14,521 bases of DNA from Candidatus Hermodarchaeota archaeon. GTDB lineage: Archaea; Asgardarchaeota; Lokiarchaeia; Sigyniarchaeales; SOKP01. The translations under genes were made by a program, and so were the position numbers. Below are positions 7,161 to 13,528 of this stretch, piece by piece. The stretch covers positions 1 through 14,521 of the forward strand of contig JBHLLP010000064.1 of the NCBI GenBank assembly GCA_048885525.1, read 5' to 3'. The notes below the pieces were generated by a model. It saw only the letters and a list, made by a program, of their open reading frames with translations, searched no databases and was not told where the DNA came from. Numbering within the stretch: position 1 is the stretch's first letter; each line of letters starts with the position of its first letter.

Positions 7161-9699
7161 ATTTAACCTCCTCATATAATTTTGTATAAAATTTATTAAC
7201 TGCCTCAGCAAACTTAATGCCCTCAACAGCATTCATATGTTTAAGAATTATTCGTTCACGGTATTTCTCTGGTATGATATTTTTTAGTAACATTATTTTT
7301 TTTTCTACTTTTTCTACTCCATCAATATAACGACATGCGTTTTTTCTACAACCAATTACCATTATTCCATCGAAACCAAACTCAAAAGATTTAAGTATGA
7401 AACTTGTATCAATACGACCAGTACAGGGAACAGGTAAAATAAAAATGTTCGGATTATATGAAATCTTTTTATAACCAGCATCATCAGCAGCAGCATAACC
7501 ACAAGAGCGACAACAAAAGGCAATAATTTTAGGTCGTTTTCTGAACTTCGAAAAAATTTCAATTGATTTTAAAATCTTCCCAGAATTATCTATATTTAAA
7601 TCTATCGCATTAGTTGGGCATATACTAGCGCATGTACCACAACCCTTGCATTTAAATTTATCTATACTTACTTTTTCTGATTCTATTGTAATTGCGTTAT
7701 AAGGACATATTTTAGAACACAAACCACATAACCCACACTTGTTATCATCGATTTCAATTCCACTAAATTCCGCTATCAAATAATCATTGGAGAGAAGTGA
7801 AATTATCTTAATTGCAGTATTATTAACTGTTGAAATAGTAGAATTATAATCTAATGGTCCAAATATAGTTCCAACTCCATATATTCCAGATGCTAAGGTT
7901 TCTTCACTCATAAATCCGTAATCATCTAATGTAAAATCCATTGTTTTTCGAAATGATTTTAGATCTTCATTTGGTATTAATGTTTGGTTTAAAACAATTA
8001 AATCACTTGGATATTCTTTCGAGTCCACCTTTACTATCTTTTGATTGTTTTTTTCAATTATTTTTATTTTATTGCTATAATGCATTCTAGAATCCATGGA
8101 TCTAAGTAAAAAATCATCAGCTTTATTTATCTTACTTAAATCGTAAAAAATGTTTACTTTACAGCTAGGAATTTTTGCTTCAATATAATTTAAATATTTT
8201 AGTGCTAGGATATCTTGAAGTTTATGTTGGTGATCAGGAGGTCCTACATATTGTACAATTGAAATTGTCTTTGGAGGTGTTTTATCAGAAATTTTTAATA
8301 TTTTGCCTTCTGTAAATCCATCCGAGGATAACATTCTTTCAAATTCAGATGATGTAATTATATCATTTTGTGGGTTATAACAATAATCGTCTAAATCTGA
8401 GAAAAGGTCAGAACCTATAGCTATAACTTTTGTACCTACTTTAATTTCCATTGGCTCTGGTCTTTTTGTCAAATCTATGGCCTTATTCACGCAAGCACGT
8501 TCACAAATTCTGCAGTTAAGGCAATTATTGATATCTGATTCATCAATTAAAGGAACATAGGGAAAAGAATGAATAAATGGGATGTAAATAATTTTTCTAT
8601 TAATTAATCCAAATTCATATTGATTTGGTTTTTCAATACTACATACTTCTATGCATTGTTTGCAACTAGTACATTTCTTTATATCCACATATCGAGGTTT
8701 TTTAATCAAATTAAGAGTAAAATTTCCAACTTCACCTGAAACGCTTTCTATTTCAGTATTAGTAAGAACTTTTACATTTTTCTCATTAACTAACTCACCT
8801 ATTAATTCTGAAATCAAGCATATAGAACAATCACCCATATTATGAATTCGATCCCATCTGGCAACCTTACCTCCTAAAGTTGGCGATTTTTCAATAACAT
8901 ATACCTTTATACCAGCTCGAGCTAAATTTAATGCTAGTGTTATACTAGCAATTCCACCTCCTATAATTGCAGTACTCTTTTCAATTTCCACTCTCTTAAC
9001 TTTTACTTTTTCTTGAAGACTTATCCGTTCAATAGCTGCTTCAATTAGCAATTTTGCCTTTTCTAATGAAAGAACAGGGTCTATCTGATTTGTTTCGAAC
9101 TGATGTACCCAACAACATTGTTCTCTAATATTTGCTATTTCTATATTGAAATGGTCAATAACGCCATCAAAAATTCGTTTAAAAAGATGTTGATGAGTTC
9201 TAGGAGAACATGCTGCTATTACAATCTTATTTAAGAAATTATCTTTTACCCAATGAGTAATTTTATCAAAATTTTTTTGTTGACATAAATTTTCGAAGAT
9301 TTTTACAGAAACAACCATTCTTAACTTACTAATATATTTTTCAAGTGCCATTATATTAATTACATTTGAAATTTCTGTATTGCAGTTGCAAATTATCACT
9401 CCAATTCGGTTTATTTCACTTCCCTTGGAATCTAAATATTCCTCAATATTCTCTCCTGATAAAATTCTTTTGTTAAGGTTTAGAATCTTTAATACGCGTT
9501 TACCATCTTCAGTAAGAAAATATGATTTTTTGTCTTTATTTATCAGTGAACCAATTTTTTTAAGATGGAAATTTAGTTGCCCTGTTGTTTCTAGACCCAA
9601 TTTTTCCATTAAATCTGTATAGGGAATATAACCCTCTTTTTCTAAAAGAAGTAAGATTTTTCTTCTAAACGGGTGAGATAATATAGCATATAAATCCAT
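7150..9699 (-). CDS. Fusion protein: ArsR-like winged HTH (aa ~1-75) + degenerate HdrA (aa ~98-720) + MvhD [2Fe-2S] domain (aa ~722-849)
   Basis: wHTH: LSHPFRRKILLLL..YTDLMEKLGL.TTGQLNFHLKKI..YFLTEDG. HdrA: RIGVIICNC, AACSPRTH, ANIREQCCWVH, IIGGGIAS, GDCSIC and four CxxCxxCxxxC motifs. MvhD: IIAFCCRSCGYAAAD..VPCTGRID..DGIMVIGCRKNACRY. Confidence 0.9.
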   Translation of the reverse strand: MDLYAILSHPFRRKILLLLEKEGYIPYTDLMEKLGLETTGQLNFHLKKIGSLINKDKKSYFLTEDGKRVLKILNLNKRILSGENIEEYLDSKGSEINRIGVIICNCNTEISNVINIMALEKYISKLRMVVSVKIFENLCQQKNFDKITHWVKDNFLNKIVIAACSPRTHQHLFKRIFDGVIDHFNIEIANIREQCCWVHQFETNQIDPVLSLEKAKLLIEAAIERISLQEKVKVKRVEIEKSTAIIGGGIASITLALNLARAGIKVYVIEKSPTLGGKVARWDRIHNMGDCSICLISELIGELVNEKNVKVLTNTEIESVSGEVGNFTLNLIKKPRYVDIKKCTSCKQCIEVCSIEKPNQYEFGLINRKIIYIPFIHSFPYVPLIDESDINNCLNCRICERACVNKAIDLTKRPEPMEIKVGTKVIAIGSDLFSDLDDYCYNPQNDIITSSEFERMLSSDGFTEGKILKISDKTPPKTISIVQYVGPPDHQHKLQDILALKYLNYIEAKIPSCKVNIFYDLSKINKADDFLLRSMDSRMHYSNKIKIIEKNNQKIVKVDSKEYPSDLIVLNQTLIPNEDLKSFRKTMDFTLDDYGFMSEETLASGIYGVGTIFGPLDYNSTISTVNNTAIKIISLLSNDYLIAEFSGIEIDDNKCGLCGLCSKICPYNAITIESEKVSIDKFKCKGCGTCASICPTNAIDLNIDNSGKILKSIEIFSKFRKRPKIIAFCCRSCGYAAADDAGYKKISYNPNIFILPVPCTGRIDTSFILKSFEFGFDGIMVIGCRKNACRYIDGVEKVEKKIMLLKNIIPEKYRERIILKHMNAVEGIKFAEAVNKFYTKLYEEVKFET

Positions 9700-9821
9700 A
9701 ATTCAGTTTTCCCTTATTTCTTTCAGTTTCAAATAAATTATATCATATCTTATTAATAGAGAAAAAAAAGTTTAAATTCAAAAATAGATTTCAGCAGTTA
9801 TTCTTAACTATTCCACAGTAT

Positions 9822-10955
9822 TCATGAAGGAGTTTTGTATGATTTCGATTTATTTAATAAAAATTGCTCCGTTCTTGCTATTTTTGATTGAGAGAACTGG
9901 TTAAGTGTTTCTTTCATTTGATTTTTAATTGTATTATCTATTTTTAAACTCTTAATTATCCCTGTTTTAATTGCTCTATCAATTATATCTTTTCCTTTTT
10001 TAGTTCGAGTGATTACTGTTGTAAATTTATCTGGGGAACCTAATCCTCCAAAAGAGATATCAGCATAAATATTAGTAAAATCTTTGCAAACTTCACAGGC
10101 GGGACGCATATAATCAGTTAATTCTTTAAAGTTTATATAAACCTCTTTTTGATCGGCTACATGGTTTTTTAACTCAATAATTAAATTCTCTTTAATATTT
10201 ATTCTCTTAATATCCTTGAATTTAATTTTAAATTGCTTCTCGAATTGTTTCATTTTTGTTCTATCAAAGAAGAAATTCTCATAGCAAAATAGTCCAAGAC
10301 AGATTTCTATGTTTTCGGATGGAATTATTCCTAGACTTTGCATACATCTAATTGTATAAATTTGGCAAGGAGTCCCAACAAGTGCTAATTTCTTAAATTT
10401 ATAATGCCGTAATTTAGGTAATGAACTAATATATGTATGGAATTTCTGTATCGTGTCTAATTGTGCTGACATGTCCAATTTTGTACCTGAGGCATTTATT
10501 AAATCATTTCTAGTTTTAGCGATAATAGCTTCTCTAGAGAAAGCTGATTTTGTTTTTGCAACAATTGCTCCTTCAATAATTTTTTTTTCTATTAAGTAAT
10601 TTATAATTGTGTTTACAACGCCTCCATCTGTTCCATATTTCAAAAATTCCTCATCAGTTGATTGACATGAATAAATATTATCTATATAACCTAGAGGCAT
10701 TAATGAAAAGTCTGAAAAATTGAAAGTTTTATTAAGATCTTCATCTAAAATATGTGTTTGTGGACAGATCAAATAACAGATACCGCACTCTAAACACTTT
10801 TTCTTGTTTATATATTCTGGCGGTGAATTAGGGTTTTTAAAACCAATCACTTCGTTTTCAATTGAATTACAAAAACTCACACAGCCACCACATTGTTGAC
10901 AAATGCCGAGTTCATGAACCTCTTTAATTAAATCTTGAAAATCTTTAATTTTCAT
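9822..10955 (-). CDS. Coenzyme F420 hydrogenase/dehydrogenase beta-subunit family protein (FrhB/FdhB-like) with N-terminal ferredoxin domain
   Basis: CQQCGGCVSFC, CLECGICYLICP, GTDGGVV, VGTPCQ, LGLFCYENF, CEVCKDFT.IYADISFGGLGS and RTKKG. SD-like GGTGA lies upstream. Confidence 0.9.
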   Translation of the reverse strand: MKIKDFQDLIKEVHELGICQQCGGCVSFCNSIENEVIGFKNPNSPPEYINKKKCLECGICYLICPQTHILDEDLNKTFNFSDFSLMPLGYIDNIYSCQSTDEEFLKYGTDGGVVNTIINYLIEKKIIEGAIVAKTKSAFSREAIIAKTRNDLINASGTKLDMSAQLDTIQKFHTYISSLPKLRHYKFKKLALVGTPCQIYTIRCMQSLGIIPSENIEICLGLFCYENFFFDRTKMKQFEKQFKIKFKDIKRINIKENLIIELKNHVADQKEVYINFKELTDYMRPACEVCKDFTNIYADISFGGLGSPDKFTTVITRTKKGKDIIDRAIKTGIIKSLKIDNTIKNQMKETLNQFSQSKIARTEQFLLNKSKSYKTPS

Positions 10956-11372
10956 TTTTAAAAATCATCACCATTCATTATTAATTTTAAAAATTTTTAT
11001 GACTATTTTGATAAACTTTATGATCTCTATGATAAATATTGTTGTCAAAGTATATAAATGTGATCTATTTTCCGTTTTTTACTTTTAGATATTGTCAAAA
11101 ATATATTAATAAAGTCTCAATAATAATTATGAAACCGATAGATCCATCGTATGAAACCAACCATATAAATATCAGATTCGTACATTAAGTCAAAAAAAGA
11201 CAAAAAAATTAGTCAAATTAATAAAATTTCCCTTATCATATTTTTTAAATTGACTTAAAATCTTCATTTAAACGGAATAAGAGATAATAAAACATTTTTT
11301 GCATTTTTAAATTTTTAATTGTTTTAATTTCATTCATTTGCTTTATTATTAGGAGTTGGTGATGTTATAAAT

Positions 11373-11378
11373 AGGTGA
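11373..11378 (+). promoter_or_regulatory. Shine-Dalgarno AGGTGA for hdrA
   Basis: AGGTGA-ATAAA-ATG(11384). Confidence 0.7.
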
Positions 11379-11383
11379 ATAAA

Positions 11384-13420
11384 ATGTCTGAGATACAGAC
11401 CATAGTAAGAATAGGAGTTTATATTTGTAGATGAGGAGTTAATATTAGTGCTTCTATTGACTGTGATATCATCAGAGATTACGTTGAAGCTCTCCCAAAC
11501 GTTATTGTAGCAAGAGTAAATGATTTTACTTGTAGCGATCCAGGACAAAATATTATAAAAAATGATATTTTAGATTTAGACTTAAATCGAGTTGTTGTTG
11601 CAGCTTGTACACCTAAAATTCATGAATCCACCTATCGAGTAGTTTTAACTCAAGCAGGATTGAGCCCTTATTACTTCCAAATGGTTAATCTGCGTGAACA
11701 TTGCTCATTTACATACTCGGGAAATAAGAGAAAGACTACTGAAAAAGCGATAAGGTTAGTGCAAGCTGGGATAAATCGTGCTAGAGAATTAGAAATAATA
11801 CCTTATAAAAAAGTGTCAGTAGAAAAATCAGTATTGATTATCGGTGCGGGCATTGCAGGGATGAATGCTGCATTAGATTTAGCAAATCAAGGAATTAACG
11901 TCTATTTAGTCGAAAAAGAAGCCACAATTGGCGGGAAAATGGCACAATTAGATCGAATTTATCCTACAGACGATTGTGCTATATGAGTTTTAGCACCTAT
12001 AATGGTTAGCACTTCAAAACATCCAAATATAACATTATTTACTTATAGTGAAATCATTAAATTTAGTGGTATCCCTGGAAATTATAATGTTAAAATTCAC
12101 AAAAAAGCACGGTATATTAATGAAAAAAAATGCACTGGTTGTGGATTATGTACAACTGAATGCCCAATAAAAGTTCCTAACGAATTTGATAGAGGTATTG
12201 GCGAACGAAGTGCAATTTTCATACCTTTTCCCCAAGCAGTACCTAAAGTTGCGTTAATTGACAAGAGTGTATGCATAGGATGTAAAAATTGTCAAAGAAT
12301 TTGCCCTGCAGAAGCCATTGATTTTGAACAGACTTCAGAATATATAAATATAAAAGTTGGAGCGGTAATTATTGCAACGGGATGGGATGAATATCCAATT
12401 ATGGAAAATAACGATTATAAATATGGTATTTATCCTGATGTTATTACTCAAATAGAATTAGAACGTATGTTGAGTCCAGTAGGACCAACTGGAGGTCATG
12501 TATATAGAATTTCTGATGGGAATATCCCAAAAACAGTTGCAATGATTCAATGCGTAGGTTCAAGATCCTTAAATGGAAATCCCTATTGCTCAGGAGTATG
12601 ATGTAATGTTGCACTTAAAAACGCGCAATTGTTAAAACAAGAATATCCTGATATGGAAATTGTTATCTTTTATATAGATATGCGGACATGGGATAAAGGA
12701 AATGAAGAATATTATAGAAAAGCGAGAGAAGCAGGGATAATGATGATTCGGGGGAAGGTAGGAGATATTCGAGAAGATCCTAACCTTAAAAAAATAAAAG
12801 TTATAGCTTCTTCAACATTGACAAATGATTTCATTACCATGAATACCGATTTAGTTGTATTATCCACCGGTATGATTCCATCTAAAAAAACAACACAAAT
12901 TGTTGAAACTTTAGGTATTGCTAAAGATATCAATGGGTTTTTAACTGAAGTTCATGGATGCCTAAAACCTCAAGAAACAACTAATTTGGGTATTTATATT
13001 TGCGGTTGTGCTGCTGGACCTAAAAATATCCCTTATTCCGTCTCAACAGCGTTAGCTGCGGCAAGTAAGGTATCTACTTTACTTTCTAAAGATAAAATAA
13101 CTCAAGAGTTAATCATCGCTGAAATAAATGAAGATTTATGTATAGCTTGTCATAGATGTGAGAAACTCTGTAATTATAAGGCAATAAAAGTTAATGGAGA
13201 AAATATAGCTGAAGTAGACGATTTGAAATGTAAGGGCTGCGGAGTTTGTGTATCTTCATGCCCTGCTCGAGCAATTGATCTAAAATACTATAGAGATCAA
13301 CAAATTATTGAAGAGATAAAAGGGATTTGTAGCACTGAACTTGAATATAAGGAAGAATTTATTGAATCTATTGAACTTGTTTGGAAAAAAATAGAAGAAT
13401 TAACTCCTTATACTTCATAA
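11384..13420 (+). CDS. hdrA: Heterodisulfide reductase subunit A, 678 aa, predicted selenoprotein with three UGA-Sec codons (U17, U201, U406)
   Basis: A single frame from ATG 11384 to TAA 13418-13420 joins track ORFs 11660, 12002 and 12629 plus an unlisted N-terminus (MSEIQTIVRIGVYICR*GVNI). TGAs at 11432, 11984 and 12599 fall in CR*G, DDCAI*VLAP and YCSGV*CN, all Cys positions in HdrA. GAGIAG, QCVGSR, GPKNIP and four ferredoxin motifs are intact. Confidence 0.93.
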
Positions 13421-13491
13421 TCTGAAAAGGAATGATCCTCCTAAAAAAATGTTAGTTAAGAGGAGACTAACCCATTGTATGGGTTTTCAGA
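13421..13491 (+). promoter_or_regulatory. Eukaryote-like (Lokiarchaeota-type) SECIS element in the hdrA 3' UTR
   Basis: Outer helix TCTGAAAA(13421-28)/TTTTCAGA(13484-91). Core ATGA(13432-35) faces GA(13465-66). Upper helix TCCTC-C-TAA/TTA-A-GAGGA. The apical loop begins with unpaired As. Confidence 0.85.
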
Positions 13492-13528
13492 CAAATATAA
13501 AAAAGTAATTGATATTAATTTTTTATCA

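Noticed and set aside
7161-7232. Track start of the small subunit at 7232
   Set aside because: It would overlap the upstream gene by 83 nt with non-homologous sequence. The SD-supported TTG at 7160 fits the family N-terminus.
7362-9622. Short ORFs 7362-7562, 8651-8845 and 9380-9622
   Set aside because: Alternate-frame or antisense shadows inside the 849-aa fusion gene, with no recognisable motifs.
9785-9825. Possible SECIS or read-through at the TGA of the first frhB-like gene (minus strand ATGA...TGA with an AGTTA/TAACT hairpin)
   Set aside because: No helix stacks on the would-be GA core, and the TGA lies past the conserved domain, not at a Cys position.
11129-11188. 19-codon mini-ORF MKPIDPSYETNHINIRFVH upstream of hdrA (also ATG-TTA-TAA at 11362-11370)
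   Set aside because: No homology or other coding evidence, and such ORFs are expected by chance.
11330-11548. 72-aa minus-strand ORF
   Set aside because: Antisense shadow of the true hdrA N-terminus.
11432-12640. Bacterial-type SECIS hairpins directly 3' of each UGA
   Set aside because: Only weak, dissimilar pairings were found (e.g. GGAGT/GCTTC after the first UGA), with no shared loop motif across the three sites.
11384-13420. hdrA as a pseudogene or three separate genes (track ORFs 11660, 12002, 12629)
   Set aside because: All breaks are TGA, in one frame, at conserved Cys positions. There are no frameshifts or TAA/TAG interruptions, and a SECIS-like element follows.
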